A stretch of DNA of 64,000 nucleotides, taken from the NCBI GenBank assembly GCA_050251875.1, contig JBFWMA010000005.1:128001-192000 (forward strand), given 5' to 3'. How positions within the stretch are numbered: position 1 is the first letter of the stretch; the number at the start of each line of letters is the position of its first letter. Shown piece by piece: positions 32,082 to 44,105 of the stretch. The translations under genes and the position numbers were made by a program. The notes under the pieces are model-generated. The model was not told the DNA's origin and searched no databases. It saw nothing but the letters and a program-made list of their open reading frames with translations. The stretch is from Deferribacterales bacterium. Its GTDB lineage: Bacteria; Chrysiogenota; Deferribacteres; Deferribacterales; Geovibrionaceae.

Positions 32082-34157
32082 GTGGCTAGACAATTTGCTC
32101 TGAATATGCAGAGAAATATCGGTATTATGGCACACATTGATGCCGGTAAAACTACTACTACCGAGAGAATTCTCTTTTACACTGGTGTTAACTATAAAAT
32201 CGGTGAAGTACATGACGGTGCTGCTACTATGGACTGGATGGAGCAGGAGAGAGAGAGAGGTATCACCATTACCTCAGCTACTACTCAGTGCTTCTGGAAA
32301 GACCACCGTATCAACATTATCGATACTCCCGGACACGTTGACTTCACTATTGAGGTTGAGCGTTCTCTGAAAGTTCTCGACGGCGCTTGCGCGGTTTTCT
32401 GCGCGGTTGGCGGTGTTGAGCCCCAGTCAGAAACAGTCTGGAGACAGGCCGATAAATATCATGTACCCAGAATGGCCTTCGTAAACAAGATGGACAGAAC
32501 AGGCGCGGATTTCTACAATGTTGTAGCTCAGATCGAGCAGAGACTGAAAGCCAGACCTCTCCCCATTCAGCTTCCTATCGGCGCTGAAGACAAATTTCAG
32601 GGGATTGTTGACCTTGTGAAGATGAAAGCGGTTATCTGGACAGGTGAGGAGCTCGGCGCTTCTTTCCATGAAGAGGAAATCCCCGCGGATCTTCAGGAAA
32701 AGGCTGAAGAATACAGAACAAAACTCATCGAGACTGTATGTGAATCAGATGAAGAAATGATGAACAGATATTTCGAAGGTGAGGAGTTCACAGAAGAAGA
32801 GCTTAAAGCCGCTCTGAGAAAAGGAACAATCAACATTGATTTCATCCCCGTTCTCTGCGGAACAGCTTTCAAAAACAAAGGCGTTCAGCCCATGCTTGAC
32901 GCTGTTGTCGAGCTGATGCCTTCTCCTCTTGACATTCCTGCTATCAAAGGTGTTAACCCTGATACAGAAGCAGAGGAAACAAGACCCGCTGACGACAACG
33001 CTCCCTTCTCCGCTCTTGCTTTCAAAATTATGACAGACCCCTACATGGGACAGCTGACATACTTCAGAGTTTATTCAGGTCACCTGGAAGCGGGTAACTA
33101 TGTTATCAACTCTACAAAAGGCAAAAAAGAGCGTATCGGACGTCTGCTGAAAATGCACGCCGATAAACGTGAAGAGATCAAAGAGATCTATGCAGGCGAT
33201 ATTTGCGCTACTGTAGGTCTTAAATATACTATAACAGGCGATACACTCTGCGATGAGTCCAAGCCCGTTATCCTTGAGTCAATGGAGTTCCCCGAGCCCG
33301 TTCTTTCTGTTGCGGTTGAGCCCAAAACAAAAGGCGATCAGGACAAACTTTCCGTTGCTCTCGGAAAACTTGCTCAGGAAGACCCCTCTTTCAGAGTAAG
33401 AGTTGATGAAGAGACAGGACAGACAATCATCTCCGGTATGGGTGAGCTCCACCTTGAGATCATCGTTGACCGTATGATGAGAGAGTTTAAAGTAGAAGCC
33501 AACGTAGGTAATCCTCAGGTTGCGTATCGCGAAGCGATCACAAAATCTGTTACCGGCGAAGGTAAATACATTAAACAGTCCGGCGGTCGTGGTCAGTACG
33601 GTCACGTTTGCATCGAGCTTCATCCCCAGGAACCCGGCACAGGTTTTGTTTTCGAAAACAAAATCGTGGGCGGTTCAATTCCCAGAGAATACATCCCCGC
33701 TATCGAGAAGGGACTTGCGGAAGCCACAGAGAACGGCTGTCTCGCCGGATACCCTGTCGAAGATATCAAATGTGTTCTTTTTGACGGTTCATACCACGAT
33801 GTGGACTCTAACGAGATGGCGTTCAAAATCGCGGCATCTATGGCTTTCAAAGATCTTTCCAAGAAAGCCGGTCCCGTTCTGCTTGAGCCTATCATGAAGG
33901 TAGAGGTTGTTTGTCCCGATGAATACACCGGTGACGTTATGGGCGACCTTAACTCCAGAAGAGGAAAAGTGGAAGGTATGGATATGAGAGGCGGCGCACA
34001 GGTTGTTAAATGTATGGTGCCCCTGAAAGAAATGTTCGGTTATACAACACAGCTCAGATCTATCACACAGGGTAGAGCAACATCTACAATGCAGTTCGAT
34101 CACTATGAGCAAGTGCCTAACAACATAGCCGAAGAAATTGTTAAATCAAATTCATAA
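32082..34157 (+). CDS. fusA: Elongation factor G
   Basis: [28 protein letters not shown]. Confidence 0.99.
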   Translation: MARQFALNMQRNIGIMAHIDAGKTTTTERILFYTGVNYKIGEVHDGAATMDWMEQERERGITITSATTQCFWKDHRINIIDTPGHVDFTIEVERSLKVLDGACAVFCAVGGVEPQSETVWRQADKYHVPRMAFVNKMDRTGADFYNVVAQIEQRLKARPLPIQLPIGAEDKFQGIVDLVKMKAVIWTGEELGASFHEEEIPADLQEKAEEYRTKLIETVCESDEEMMNRYFEGEEFTEEELKAALRKGTINIDFIPVLCGTAFKNKGVQPMLDAVVELMPSPLDIPAIKGVNPDTEAEETRPADDNAPFSALAFKIMTDPYMGQLTYFRVYSGHLEAGNYVINSTKGKKERIGRLLKMHADKREEIKEIYAGDICATVGLKYTITGDTLCDESKPVILESMEFPEPVLSVAVEPKTKGDQDKLSVALGKLAQEDPSFRVRVDEETGQTIISGMGELHLEIIVDRMMREFKVEANVGNPQVAYREAITKSVTGEGKYIKQSGGRGQYGHVCIELHPQEPGTGFVFENKIVGGSIPREYIPAIEKGLAEATENGCLAGYPVEDIKCVLFDGSYHDVDSNEMAFKIAASMAFKDLSKKAGPVLLEPIMKVEVVCPDEYTGDVMGDLNSRRGKVEGMDMRGGAQVVKCMVPLKEMFGYTTQLRSITQGRATSTMQFDHYEQVPNNIAEEIVKSNS

Positions 34158-34185
34158 GTATAAAATTTTAGGAGGACATAATTAA

Positions 34186-35376
34186 ATGGCCAAGTCTAAA
34201 TTTGAAAGAACCAAACCCCACGTTAACGTAGGTACCATCGGCCACGTTGACCACGGTAAGACATCACTGACAGCTGCGATAACTAACATCCTTGCGAAAA
34301 AAGGATATGCTCAGTTCGTAGACTACGGCAACATCGACAAGGCACCTGAAGAGCGCGAAAGAGGTATTACCATCGCAACCGCTCACGTAGAGTATGAGTC
34401 AGACAAACGTCACTATGCTCACGTAGACTGCCCCGGTCACGCCGACTATGTAAAAAACATGATTACCGGTGCTGCCCAGATGGACGGCGCTATACTTGTT
34501 GTATCAGCAGCAGACGGTCCCATGCCCCAGACTCGTGAGCACATTCTGCTCGCCCGTCAGGTAGGCGTACCCTACATAGTAGTATTCATGAACAAAATCG
34601 ACATGGTAGAAGACGAAGAACTTGTAGAGCTCGTAGAGCTTGAGATCAGAGATCTTCTTTCCGCATACGATTTCCCCGGCGATGATACACCTATCATCAA
34701 AGGATCAGCACTTAAAGCCCTTGAAGACGGCGACAACCCCCAGTGGTCACAGCCTATTCTTGATCTCGTACAGGCACTTGACGATTACATCGCCGAGCCC
34801 GAAAGAGATATAGATAAAGATTTCATCATGCCTATCGAGGACGTGTTCTCAATTTCCGGACGTGGTACAGTTGTAACCGGCCGTATCGAGCGCGGAAAAG
34901 TAAAAGTAGGTGATGAAGTTCAGATCGTAGGTATCAAAGATACACAGAAGACAACAGTAACCGGAATCGAAATGTTCCGCAAACTTCTTGATGAAGGTGT
35001 AGCGGGAGATAACGTAGGTGTCCTTGTCAGAGGTATCAAAAAAGACGATGTAGAGCGCGGACAGGTACTTGCCAAACCGGGCTCAATCACACCTCACAAG
35101 AAGTTTAAAGCTGAAGCGTACATTCTGACTAAAGAGGAAGGTGGACGTCACACACCTTTCTTCAGCGGTTACAGACCTCAGTTCTACTTCAGAACCACAG
35201 ACGTAACAGGTATCATCACTCTTGCCGAAGGCGTAGAGATGGTAATGCCCGGCGATAACATCTCTTGTGATGTTGAACTTATCACACCCATCGCTATGGA
35301 CCCCGGTCTTCGCTTCGCTATCCGTGAAGGCGGCCGTACAGTAGGTGCCGGCGTGGTTGTTGAGATTACAGAGTAA
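34186..35376 (+). CDS. tuf: Elongation factor Tu (copy 2)
   Basis: Protein identical to copy 1. Confidence 0.99.
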   Translation: MAKSKFERTKPHVNVGTIGHVDHGKTSLTAAITNILAKKGYAQFVDYGNIDKAPEERERGITIATAHVEYESDKRHYAHVDCPGHADYVKNMITGAAQMDGAILVVSAADGPMPQTREHILLARQVGVPYIVVFMNKIDMVEDEELVELVELEIRDLLSAYDFPGDDTPIIKGSALKALEDGDNPQWSQPILDLVQALDDYIAEPERDIDKDFIMPIEDVFSISGRGTVVTGRIERGKVKVGDEVQIVGIKDTQKTTVTGIEMFRKLLDEGVAGDNVGVLVRGIKKDDVERGQVLAKPGSITPHKKFKAEAYILTKEEGGRHTPFFSGYRPQFYFRTTDVTGIITLAEGVEMVMPGDNISCDVELITPIAMDPGLRFAIREGGRTVGAGVVVEITE

Positions 35377-35388
35377 CAAGAGTTAATA

Positions 35389-35697
35389 ATGGAAAATCAA
35401 AAGATAAGAATCAAGCTTAAGGCTTTCGATTACAGAATTCTGGATAAAGCTGTTAAAGACATCGTCTCTACAGCGAAACGTACCGGTGCAGAGGTAGTGG
35501 GACCCATCCCGCTGCCCACTGCTATCGAGAAGTTTACAATCCTCAAGTCTCCTCACGTTAACAAAGACGCAAGAGATCAGTACGAAATAAGGACACATAA
35601 AAGGCTCATCGACATCTTTGAGCACAACCCTCAAACTATTGATGCCCTTATGAAGCTGGAACTCTCCGCCGGCGTTGACGTAGAAATAAAACTCTAA
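35389..35697 (+). CDS. rpsJ: 30S ribosomal protein S10
   Basis: [16 protein letters not shown]. Confidence 0.99.
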   Translation: MENQKIRIKLKAFDYRILDKAVKDIVSTAKRTGAEVVGPIPLPTAIEKFTILKSPHVNKDARDQYEIRTHKRLIDIFEHNPQTIDALMKLELSAGVDVEIKL

Positions 35698-35717
35698 GAG
35701 TTAGAAGGTATTTAGAA

Positions 35718-36356
35718 ATGGCAAAAGCAATCATTGGAAAGAAAGTAGGGATGACACAGGTCTTTAGAGAAGACGGTACCGTTGTGCCTGTCACCGTCGT
35801 GCAAGCTGGCCCCTGTGTTGTAACCGAAGTCAGGAATCAGGAAAAGGACGGGTACACTGCCATTCAGCTGGGTTTTGAAGAAATTGTTAAAGACAGCAAA
35901 GTCAACAAACCCATGGCCGGATATTTTAAAAAACAGGGTGTTAAACCCCACAAGTATCTGAAGGAATTCAGAACTCAATCCGGTGCAGAGACAGCTGTCG
36001 GCGAGCAGGTAAATGTTACAATCTTTGAGGAAGGCGATCTCATTGATGTTCAGGGAACATCCATTGGTAAGGGCTTTCAGGGTGTCGTTAAGCGTTACAA
36101 CTTTCGTGGCGGTCCGAAAACTCACGGTTCTCACTTCCACAACGTACCCGGCTCTATAGGGATGTGTGAATTCCCCGGCGAAACAGCTAAAGGAAAAAAG
36201 ATGCCCGGTAGAATGGGCGGAAAGACAGTTTCCGTTCAGAATCTTACCGTGGTGAAAGTAATCCCCGAAACAAACCTGCTGCTTATTAAAGGTGCGATAC
36301 CCGGCTTTTCAGACGGAATAGTTTACATCAAACAAGCAGTTAAGGCTAAAAAGTAA
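35718..36356 (+). CDS. rplC: 50S ribosomal protein L3
   Basis: [20 protein letters not shown]. Confidence 0.99.
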   Translation: MAKAIIGKKVGMTQVFREDGTVVPVTVVQAGPCVVTEVRNQEKDGYTAIQLGFEEIVKDSKVNKPMAGYFKKQGVKPHKYLKEFRTQSGAETAVGEQVNVTIFEEGDLIDVQGTSIGKGFQGVVKRYNFRGGPKTHGSHFHNVPGSIGMCEFPGETAKGKKMPGRMGGKTVSVQNLTVVKVIPETNLLLIKGAIPGFSDGIVYIKQAVKAKK

Positions 36357-36368
36357 GCAGAGGAACTA

Positions 36369-36995
36369 ATGGCTACTTTTGACGTGAAAAACGTAAAAAA
36401 CGAGAAAATAGGACAGGTTGATCTGAGCGACGAAATAATGTCATATCCTGTAAAACCTGCCCTTATGCACGAAGTGGTGATCATGCAGCTTGCTTCACGC
36501 AGAGCTGGAACCCACTCAACGCTGAACAGAGCCAGAATGGACGGCGGACGCGGTGCCAAACCCTGGAGACAGAAAGGTACAGGCCGCGCCAGATCAGGTT
36601 CTAAGAAGTCTCCCCTCTGGAGAGGCGGAGCAATAGCATTTGGTCCCCATCCGAGAGACTATGAGTACTCTATGCCCAAGAAAAAGGTTAAGAACGCTCT
36701 TAAATCCGCAATCAGGGCCAAGAGTGAAGCAAATGCCATCCACATCATCGACGCTATGAGCGTTGCTAACGGCAAGACTAAAGAGGCTGTTGAAATCCTT
36801 AAGAATTTCTCCGCCGACAGAAAAGTCCTTATCGTTTACAAAGAGATGGATGAGAAAGCTAAACAGGCTTTCCGCAACATCCCTTATGTAGACCTTCTGG
36901 ACGTTAACGGTCTGAACGTTTACGATGTGATCAATGCACGCACAATCCTGCTTTGCCAGGACGCTATAGCGCGCATTCAGGAGGTTCTCGTATGA
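36369..36995 (+). CDS. rplD: 50S ribosomal protein L4
   Basis: KPWRQKGTGRAR. Confidence 0.99.
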   Translation: MATFDVKNVKNEKIGQVDLSDEIMSYPVKPALMHEVVIMQLASRRAGTHSTLNRARMDGGRGAKPWRQKGTGRARSGSKKSPLWRGGAIAFGPHPRDYEYSMPKKKVKNALKSAIRAKSEANAIHIIDAMSVANGKTKEAVEILKNFSADRKVLIVYKEMDEKAKQAFRNIPYVDLLDVNGLNVYDVINARTILLCQDAIARIQEVLV

Positions 36996-37276
36996 TGATT
37001 ACTATCTATGATGTGATCAAAAAACCCCTCATAACAGAGAAAGCTGTTGAGATGAAAGAGAACCTCAATCAAGTAACTTTCGCCATCGATCCCAGAGCTT
37101 CTAAGAAAATGGTTAAACAGGCCGTTGAGAAGCTGTTCGAGGTAAAAGTGAAAGATGTCAGGACTATGAACTACAAAGGCAAAGCCAAACGTTTCGGACG
37201 CGCTATGGGCAAAAGAAACGACTGGAAAAAAGCTATTGTTGTTCTGGCTGATGGCGAAAAACTGGAATTTGTATAA
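36992..37276 (+). CDS. rplW: 50S ribosomal protein L23
   Basis: PLITEK, WKKAIV. Confidence 0.98.
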   Translation: MMITIYDVIKKPLITEKAVEMKENLNQVTFAIDPRASKKMVKQAVEKLFEVKVKDVRTMNYKGKAKRFGRAMGKRNDWKKAIVVLADGEKLEFV

Positions 37277-37290
37277 GAGAGGAATCTTAA

Positions 37291-38118
37291 ATGGGAATCA
37301 AGAAGTTTAAACCGACTTCTGACGGAGTAAGGTTCAGAACAAACAGCGACTTCCAGGATGTCACAACAGATACACCTGAGAAGTCTCTCCTTGCCCCCCT
37401 TGCCAAACACGCAGGCCGTACAAACAACGGTCGCATCACTGTTAGGCACAAAGGCGGCGGTAACAAGAGAAAGTATCGTCTTATAGACTTCAAAAGAAAT
37501 AAAGACGGAATCGTAGCGAATGTAAAAACTATCGAGTACGACCCCAACAGAAGCGCGAGAATCGCTCTTGTGTCTTATGCTGACGGTGAGAAAAGATATA
37601 TACTCGCTCCCCTCGGTCTTAAAGTTGGAGACAAGGTATCCAGCGGATCAGAAGCCGATATTAAACCCGGCAACGCTAAAATGCTGAAAGAGATGCCTGT
37701 CGGTACAGTAATTCACAACGTGGAGATGAGGCCCGGTAAAGGCGGTCAGCTTGCCCGTTCCGCTGGAACATACGCACAGCTGCTGGCTAAAGAGGGAACC
37801 TATTGCCACGTCCGCATGCCCTCCGGCGAAATCAGACTTATTAAAGCTGAATGTAAAGCTACAATCGGTCAGGTTTCCAACACAGAGCATGAGAACATTC
37901 AAATCGGAAAAGCGGGCAGAACCCGTTGGAAAGGCGTCAGACCTACTGTTCGAGGCGTTGCGATGAACCCCGTTGATCACCCCCATGGTGGTGGTGAGGG
38001 TAGAACTTCCGGTGGCCGTCACCCTGTGACACCCTGGGGCGTACCTACTAAGGGCTTCAAAACAAGAGCTAAGAATAAGCCTTCTAACAAGTATATCGTT
38101 TCCCGCAGGAAGAAGTAG
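37291..38118 (+). CDS. rplB: 50S ribosomal protein L2
   Basis: [22 protein letters not shown]. Confidence 0.99.
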   Translation: MGIKKFKPTSDGVRFRTNSDFQDVTTDTPEKSLLAPLAKHAGRTNNGRITVRHKGGGNKRKYRLIDFKRNKDGIVANVKTIEYDPNRSARIALVSYADGEKRYILAPLGLKVGDKVSSGSEADIKPGNAKMLKEMPVGTVIHNVEMRPGKGGQLARSAGTYAQLLAKEGTYCHVRMPSGEIRLIKAECKATIGQVSNTEHENIQIGKAGRTRWKGVRPTVRGVAMNPVDHPHGGGEGRTSGGRHPVTPWGVPTKGFKTRAKNKPSNKYIVSRRKK

Positions 38119-38130
38119 GAGGATTGACAA

Positions 38131-38412
38131 GTGCCTAGGTCATTAAAAAAAGGGCCCTTTCTGGATGATCACCTCGAAAAAAAGGTGATGACAGCCAAAG
38201 AGAGCGGCGATAAAAAAGTCATCAAGACTTGGTCTAGAAGAAGCACAGTGATTCCTGAAATGGTCGGCCAGACATTTGCAGTTCACAACGGGCAAAAGTT
38301 TATCCCTGTTTTCGTAACAGAAAACATGGTAGGTCATAAACTGGGTGAATTCGCTCTCACCAGAACGTTCAGAAGTCACAAGAAAGACGACAAAAAGGTA
38401 AAGGGTAGATAA
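38131..38412 (+). CDS. rpsS: 30S ribosomal protein S19
   Basis: [15 protein letters not shown]. Confidence 0.99.
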   Translation: MPRSLKKGPFLDDHLEKKVMTAKESGDKKVIKTWSRRSTVIPEMVGQTFAVHNGQKFIPVFVTENMVGHKLGEFALTRTFRSHKKDDKKVKGR

Positions 38413-38413
38413 T

Positions 38414-38746
38414 ATGGAAGCTATTGCTCGCGCTAGATATCAGAGAGTATCTCCCAGAAAAACACGCCCTGTCGCTGATCTTATCAGAGGCAAAAAGGTA
38501 GAGGAAGCGCTTGCTATCCTTAAGTTCACTCCCAACAAAGGCGCAGAAATTCTGTACAGAGCCGTTAAATCCGCTGCCAGCAACGCAGAGGAGAACAACA
38601 GCCACGCAGACGCAAGCCGTATGGTTGTGAAAGAGGTTAGAGTGGATGCCGGTCCCGCATGGAAAAGGTTCACACCCAGAGCCTACGGAAGAGCGTCCCT
38701 TATCCGCAAACCTACCAGCCATATCACTGTTGTGCTGTCAGACTAA
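38414..38746 (+). CDS. rplV: 50S ribosomal protein L22
   Basis: SPRK, PRAYGRA, TSHITV. Confidence 0.99.
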   Translation: MEAIARARYQRVSPRKTRPVADLIRGKKVEEALAILKFTPNKGAEILYRAVKSAASNAEENNSHADASRMVVKEVRVDAGPAWKRFTPRAYGRASLIRKPTSHITVVLSD

Positions 38747-38758
38747 GGGAGGTATTTG

Positions 38759-39415
38759 GTGGGACAGAAAGTTAATCCTAACGGATACAGAATCGGTATA
38801 AACAAACCCTGGAAATCAACATGGTTTGCAAATAAAAAAGAATACAGACAACAGCTTCTTGAAGATATTAAAATCAGAAAATATCTGAAAGAGAAGCTGA
38901 ACCAGGCCGGACTCGCCAGAATCGGCATCGAGCGTATGGGTAACAGAGTGCGCATCACTCTGAACACATCACGCCCCGGTATCGTAATCGGCAAGAAAGG
39001 CGCTGAAATCGACAGGCTCAAAAAAGAGCTTAAAAGATTTACAGACTCTGAAGTTCTTCTGGTTATCAGAGAAGTGAAGAAGCCTGAGATCAACTCCGTT
39101 CTGATAGCTGAGAACATCGCTATGCAGATCCAGAGACGTGTGGCTTTCAGACGCGCCATGAAGAAAGCAGTTCTTCAGGCTATGAAATCCGGCGCTCTCG
39201 GAATCAGAGTTGCTTGCTCCGGTCGTCTCGCTGGCGCTGATATGGCCAGAACAGAGTGGTACATTAAAGGTAGAGTTCCGCTTCAGACTCTTCGTGCCGA
39301 CATTGATTACGGCACAACAGAGGCACTGACAACCTATGGTATCATCGGTATCAAGGTTTGGGTCTTCACAGGCGAAGTTCTGGAAGACAGAGGCAGAACA
39401 GAGGCAGGTGAGTAA
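38759..39415 (+). CDS. rpsC: 30S ribosomal protein S3
   Basis: [23 protein letters not shown] 38759 preferred. Confidence 0.99.
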   Translation: MGQKVNPNGYRIGINKPWKSTWFANKKEYRQQLLEDIKIRKYLKEKLNQAGLARIGIERMGNRVRITLNTSRPGIVIGKKGAEIDRLKKELKRFTDSEVLLVIREVKKPEINSVLIAENIAMQIQRRVAFRRAMKKAVLQAMKSGALGIRVACSGRLAGADMARTEWYIKGRVPLQTLRADIDYGTTEALTTYGIIGIKVWVFTGEVLEDRGRTEAGE

Positions 39416-39840
39416 TGCTTACACCCAACAGAATGAAATATAGAAAGCAGTTCAAAGGCCGCATCAAGGGTGTCGCCTCCAAAGGTCACTATGTGGCTTT
39501 CGGCGACTTCGGTCTGGCTGCGGACGGCAAAGCAAAACTGACTAGCCGTCAGATAGAATCCGCGAGGATCGCTATCAACAGATACCTGAAAAGAGGCGGA
39601 AACCTGATTATCCGTATCTTCCCCCACAAACCCATCACATCTAAACCTCTTGAGGTTAGACAGGGTAAAGGTAAAGGTTCTGTAGAGTACTATGTAGCAT
39701 GCGTTAAAGAAGGAACTATCCTTTATGAAGTTGGCGGTGTTACAGAAGAGCAGGCAAAAGAGGCTTTCAGAAGAGCTTCTCACAAACTGCCTGTGAAAAC
39801 TAAATTCGTAAGAAAAGAGACTGCGGAGGCTGCGCAATGA
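39415..39840 (+). CDS. rplP: 50S ribosomal protein L16
   Basis: [20 protein letters not shown]. Confidence 0.99.
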   Translation: MLTPNRMKYRKQFKGRIKGVASKGHYVAFGDFGLAADGKAKLTSRQIESARIAINRYLKRGGNLIIRIFPHKPITSKPLEVRQGKGKGSVEYYVACVKEGTILYEVGGVTEEQAKEAFRRASHKLPVKTKFVRKETAEAAQ

Positions 39841-40034
39841 AAGCATCCGAACTCAAAGCAATGAGTGAAAAAGAGCTTCAGGCAAAAGAAATGGAGCTCA
39901 GAGAGAATATCTTCAGAATGAAGTTCAAACTGGCAACTGGAGATATTGAAGACTCCTCGCTTATCAAAAAGGCTAAAAAAGATATAGCTCGTATTCAGAC
40001 TGTTCTGAATCAGAAAAGCAACGAGGGCAAATAA
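39837..40034 (+). CDS. rpmC: 50S ribosomal protein L29
   Basis: [15 protein letters not shown]; operon position. Confidence 0.97.
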   Translation: MKASELKAMSEKELQAKEMELRENIFRMKFKLATGDIEDSSLIKKAKKDIARIQTVLNQKSNEGK

Positions 40035-40309
40035 TGGAAGCCAGAAACTTTAGAAAAGTAAGAAAGGGCGTGGTAGTCAGCGACAAGATGGACAAAACTG
40101 TCGTCGTTAAAGTCGAAAGCCTGAAACTCCACAGCCGCTATCAGAAATTCATCAAGAGCACTAAAAGTTTTAAAGCTCATGATGAGAACAATGAATGCAA
40201 AGTTGGCGATACCGTAGAGATCGTAGAAACTAGACCTCTCAGCAAAGATAAACGCTGGAGAGTTGTTAAAATAGTTAAACACTCTATCGAAGCCATTGCC
40301 GGGGAGTAA
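40034..40309 (+). CDS. rpsQ: 30S ribosomal protein S17
   Basis: [18 protein letters not shown]. Confidence 0.99.
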   Translation: MEARNFRKVRKGVVVSDKMDKTVVVKVESLKLHSRYQKFIKSTKSFKAHDENNECKVGDTVEIVETRPLSKDKRWRVVKIVKHSIEAIAGE

Positions 40310-40312
40310 GAG

Positions 40313-40684
40313 ATGATACAGGTAGAATCCAGACTCAGAGTTGCGGACAACTCCGGAGCTAAGGAAGTGCTTTGCATCAAGGTCCTTGGCGGTTCTAAAA
40401 TCCGCTATGGAAGAATAGGCGATATCATCGTCTGTACAGTTAAGGCAGCCGCTCCCGACTCTAACATCAAGAAGGGATCCGTTGTAAAAGCTGTTATCGT
40501 GCGTACTGCGAAAGAGCAGCGCCGTCCCGACGGAACATACATCAAGTTTGATGACAACGCGTGTGTTCTTCTGGGCAAGCAAAACCTTGAACCTATCGCA
40601 ACAAGGGTTTTCGGACCTGTTGCCAGAGAGCTCCGCGGAAAGGGCTATCTGAAAATAGTTTCAATGGCTCCTGAAGTACTCTAA
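40313..40684 (+). CDS. rplN: 50S ribosomal protein L14
   Basis: VADNSGA, FDDNA, APEVL. Confidence 0.99.
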   Translation: MIQVESRLRVADNSGAKEVLCIKVLGGSKIRYGRIGDIIVCTVKAAAPDSNIKKGSVVKAVIVRTAKEQRRPDGTYIKFDDNACVLLGKQNLEPIATRVFGPVARELRGKGYLKIVSMAPEVL

Positions 40685-40696
40685 GAGGTTTGGTCA

Positions 40697-41026
40697 ATGA
40701 GTGTTAAACTGAAGATCAAAAAAGACGACCCGGTTATCGTTACCACTGGTAAAGATAAAGGCACAAAGTCTAAAGTCGTCAAAATGGACAGGGATAACTG
40801 CAAAGTCATTTGCGAAGGCGTAAATGTGGCTAAAAAGCACGTTAAACCTAACCAGTTCAATCCCGATGGCGGTATCGTCGATAAGACAATGCCTCTGGCG
40901 GTATCCAACGTTATGTACTACTGCGAAAAATGCGGTAAAGGCGTAAAACTTGGTATCAAAGTGCTGGAATCCGGCAAAAAAGTCAGATTCTGCAGATCTT
41001 GCAACGAAATCGTTGACAAGGATTAA
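40697..41026 (+). CDS. rplX: 50S ribosomal protein L24
   Basis: GKDKG, EGVN, SNVM. Confidence 0.98.
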   Translation: MSVKLKIKKDDPVIVTTGKDKGTKSKVVKMDRDNCKVICEGVNVAKKHVKPNQFNPDGGIVDKTMPLAVSNVMYYCEKCGKGVKLGIKVLESGKKVRFCRSCNEIVDKD

Positions 41027-41040
41027 CGGAGTTTTAAACA

Positions 41041-41589
41041 ATGGCGGAACTTAAAAGAATCTATACAGAAGAAGTTGTACCGAAACTGATAAAAAAATTC
41101 GGTTACACCAACATTATGCAGGTTCCGAAGATTGAGAAGATCACACTTAACATGGGTGTTGGCGAAGCAGTCAGCAACTCAAAAGCCGTTGAAGGCGCTG
41201 TTAAGGATATGGCTCTCATCGCCGGTCAGAAACCGATAGTTACAAAAGCTAAGAAATCTATCGCCACATTTAAACTGAGAGAAGGCATGCCCATCGGCTG
41301 CAAAGTAACTCTCAGAGGCGAGAAGGCTTACGACTTTATGTTCAGGCTGACCAGAATCGGTCTTGCAAGGGTTAGGGACTTTGCGGGTGTAAACCCCAAA
41401 TCTTTCGACGGACGCGGCAACTTTGCCATGGGTCTGAAAGAACAGATCGTATTCCCTGAGATTGACTATGATAAAATCGACAAAATCCGTGGGTTTGACA
41501 TCATCGTCACAACAACAGCTAAAACCGATGAAGAGGCCAGAGAGCTCCTGAAAGAACTCGGAATGCCCTTCGCAGGTCAGGAGGCGTAA
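41041..41589 (+). CDS. rplE: 50S ribosomal protein L5
   Basis: NMGVGEA, FDGRGN, IVFPEI. Confidence 0.99.
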   Translation: MAELKRIYTEEVVPKLIKKFGYTNIMQVPKIEKITLNMGVGEAVSNSKAVEGAVKDMALIAGQKPIVTKAKKSIATFKLREGMPIGCKVTLRGEKAYDFMFRLTRIGLARVRDFAGVNPKSFDGRGNFAMGLKEQIVFPEIDYDKIDKIRGFDIIVTTTAKTDEEARELLKELGMPFAGQEA

Positions 41590-41590
41590 T

Positions 41591-41776
41591 TTGGCAACTA
41601 CAGCTAAATACAACAGTGGATTTTCTAAAAAGAAATTCAAAGTTAGGGAATACAACCGCTGCCCCATTTGCGGCAGGCCAAGGTCATTTATGCGCAGATT
41701 CAACATGTGCAGGCTTTGTTTCAGGAAATTCGCATCCGAGGGAGAAATCCCCGGTGTAAGAAAATCCAGCTGGTAA
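41591..41776 (+). CDS. rpsN: 30S ribosomal protein S14 (type Z, Zn-binding)
   Basis: RCPICGR...CRLCFR, 61 aa. Confidence 0.98.
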   Translation: MATTAKYNSGFSKKKFKVREYNRCPICGRPRSFMRRFNMCRLCFRKFASEGEIPGVRKSSW

Positions 41777-41794
41777 AATAAGGAGACGTAAGTC

Positions 41795-42193
41795 ATGGGA
41801 ATGACAGATCCTATCGCAGATATGCTTACAAGAGTGCGTAACGCTCTTATGGTAAAGCACCAGGAAGTTCTTGTACCTCATTCAAAAATGAAAGAGGCAA
41901 TGGCTGTTCTCTTCAGAGAAGAGGGTTATGTAAAAAATTTCCGTGTTGTAACAGACGGAAATCATAAAAATATAGTGATTCACCTTAAATATAACGATAA
42001 CGGCGAGTCTGTTATCAGAGGCATCAAAAGGGTATCTAAACCCGGCCAGAGAGTGTATGTGAACACTAAGAATCTTAAACCTGTACTTGGCGGTCTTGGA
42101 AACGGTGTTGTTTCTACCTCAAGAGGTATCAAGACTGTTAAGCAGTGCATCGCCGAAAAAGTCGGCGGTGAGTACATTTGCCAGATATGGTAA
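41795..42193 (+). CDS. rpsH: 30S ribosomal protein S8
   Basis: DPIADMLTRVRN, SKPGQRVY. Confidence 0.99.
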   Translation: MGMTDPIADMLTRVRNALMVKHQEVLVPHSKMKEAMAVLFREEGYVKNFRVVTDGNHKNIVIHLKYNDNGESVIRGIKRVSKPGQRVYVNTKNLKPVLGGLGNGVVSTSRGIKTVKQCIAEKVGGEYICQIW

Positions 42194-42204
42194 TGGAGAG
42201 CTAG

Positions 42205-42744
42205 ATGTCTAGAATTGGTAAAAAACCTATAGATATACCCGCAGGCGTGAAAATTGTTCTGGATAAGAACACTATTCATGTCGAAGGACCGAAAGGCAAG
42301 CTCCAGCAGGACATCCACTACAAGGCTGATGTGGAAGTTGAGGGCAATGTCGTCAATGTAATCAGAAAAGACGAGACAAAACTCGCCCGCTCTGTGCACG
42401 GTCTTACCAGAACACTCATCAGCAATATGGTGACAGGTGTTACTGAAGGATATGTGAAAAAACTCGATATAGTCGGTGTCGGCTACAGAGTTGCTCAGAA
42501 AGGTCAGGATCTTGATCTTTCTCTGGGCTTTTCACACCCGGTAGTGGTTACTCCTCCTACAGGCGTTGAGCTTGTGGCTGAGAGCCAGACAAAGATCGCC
42601 GTTAAAGGTATCGATAAGCAGCTTGTCGGACAGGTTGCCGCGAATATCCGTAAACTGAGAGCACCCGAGCCTTACAAAGGTAAAGGTATCAGATATGAAG
42701 GCGAGCGTATAATCAGAAAAGCCGGTAAAACCGGTAAGAAATAA
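42205..42744 (+). CDS. rplF: 50S ribosomal protein L6
   Basis: MSRIGK, PEPYKGKG. Confidence 0.99.
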   Translation: MSRIGKKPIDIPAGVKIVLDKNTIHVEGPKGKLQQDIHYKADVEVEGNVVNVIRKDETKLARSVHGLTRTLISNMVTGVTEGYVKKLDIVGVGYRVAQKGQDLDLSLGFSHPVVVTPPTGVELVAESQTKIAVKGIDKQLVGQVAANIRKLRAPEPYKGKGIRYEGERIIRKAGKTGKK

Positions 42745-42756
42745 GGGGAGTTGAAA

Positions 42757-43122
42757 GTGGCTAAATTTTCAAAATCGGCTGCCCGTATCAGAAGGCATGT
42801 ACGTAACAGAAAAAAGGTTCAAGGCAGCGAAGCAAAACCTAGACTGGCTGTTTTCAAAAGCAATAAATACATCTACGCTCAGGTGATAGATGACTCCAAA
42901 GGCACAACACTTGTCGCCGCCAGCTCTCTTGAAAAAGAGCTGAAAGAGCAGTTCAACAGCCGCGTAAACCTTGCCTCAGCGAAAGCAGTGGGCATGGAAG
43001 TGGCTAAAAGAGCCGCAGAAAAAGGCATCAGCAAGGTTGTTTTCGACAGAGGCGGATTCCTTTATCACGGCAGGATCAAAGCTCTTGCTGATGGCGCCCG
43101 CGAAGCCGGACTTGAGTTCTAA
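42757..43122 (+). CDS. rplR: 50S ribosomal protein L18
   Basis: [22 protein letters not shown] 42757 preferred. Confidence 0.99.
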   Translation: MAKFSKSAARIRRHVRNRKKVQGSEAKPRLAVFKSNKYIYAQVIDDSKGTTLVAASSLEKELKEQFNSRVNLASAKAVGMEVAKRAAEKGISKVVFDRGGFLYHGRIKALADGAREAGLEF

Positions 43123-43133
43123 GGAGGTATGCT

Positions 43134-43640
43134 TTGAATAACGCAGTAGCTAACGGCGAGAGCACTCTCGTTGATAAAGTGGTTAACATTGGCAGAGTTA
43201 CAAAAGTTGTTAAGGGTGGTAGGATATTCAAGTTCACCGCTCTCGTGGTTGTGGGCGATATGAACGGCAAAGTCGGTATCGGTCACGGTAAAGCCAGAGA
43301 GGTTCCGGACGCTATCAAAAAAGCCCTTGAGAACGCTAAAAAGAGCATGGTTGACGTACCCGTTGTAAACGGTACTATTCCTCACGATGTTATCGGGAAA
43401 TTCGTTTCCTCCGAAATCGTGATGAAACCCGCCGCACCTGGTACCGGTATCATCTCCGGCGGTGTAACACGTTCTCTTTTTGAACTCGCAGGCGTGCAGA
43501 ACATTCTCTGCAAGTCCACAAGAAGCAGAAACCCCTATAACTCACTCTATGCTGTTATGGACGGTTTCAAAAAAATAAGAACTCTTGATGAAGTTGCTTC
43601 CCTTAGAGGCAAAAGCATTCAGGAAATCATCAAGTACTAA
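43134..43640 (+). CDS. rpsE: 30S ribosomal protein S5
   Basis: RVTKVVKGGR, PAAPGTG. Confidence 0.99.
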   Translation: MNNAVANGESTLVDKVVNIGRVTKVVKGGRIFKFTALVVVGDMNGKVGIGHGKAREVPDAIKKALENAKKSMVDVPVVNGTIPHDVIGKFVSSEIVMKPAAPGTGIISGGVTRSLFELAGVQNILCKSTRSRNPYNSLYAVMDGFKKIRTLDEVASLRGKSIQEIIKY

Positions 43641-43652
43641 GAGGTTACACAA

Positions 43653-44102
43653 ATGGAGCTTCATGATCTCAGACCGGCTCCCGGTGCTAATAAAGATAGA
43701 AAAAGACTGGGACGAGGCAGCGGAAGCGGCCGCGGTACAACAGCAGGTAAAGGTACAAAAGGTCAGAAAGCCAGAAGTGGCGGCGGCACAAGACCCGGAT
43801 TCGAGGGTGGACAGATGCCTCTGAACAGAAGGCTGCCTAAAAGAGGTTTCAATAACGCCAGATTCGCGACAGTATTTGAAACCGTGAACCTTGACACCAT
43901 TAACGATGTCTATTCAGCGGGCGAGGTTGTAAACTTCGAATCACTCTGCGAGAAAGGACTTGTTAAAGGCAACAAGGACGGTATCAAAATTCTTGGCAAC
44001 GGCGAAATCAGCAAAAAGCTGAAATTCGAAGTTGATAAGATGTCCGGTTCCGCTAAAGAAAAAGCGGAAGCGGCAGGCTGTGAAGTGACTATTCTGGGGT
44101 AA
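43653..44102 (+). CDS. rplO: 50S ribosomal protein L15
   Basis: GRGSGSG, GFEGGQMP, RRLPKRGF. Confidence 0.99.
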   Translation: MELHDLRPAPGANKDRKRLGRGSGSGRGTTAGKGTKGQKARSGGGTRPGFEGGQMPLNRRLPKRGFNNARFATVFETVNLDTINDVYSAGEVVNFESLCEKGLVKGNKDGIKILGNGEISKKLKFEVDKMSGSAKEKAEAAGCEVTILG

Positions 44103-44105
44103 TTG

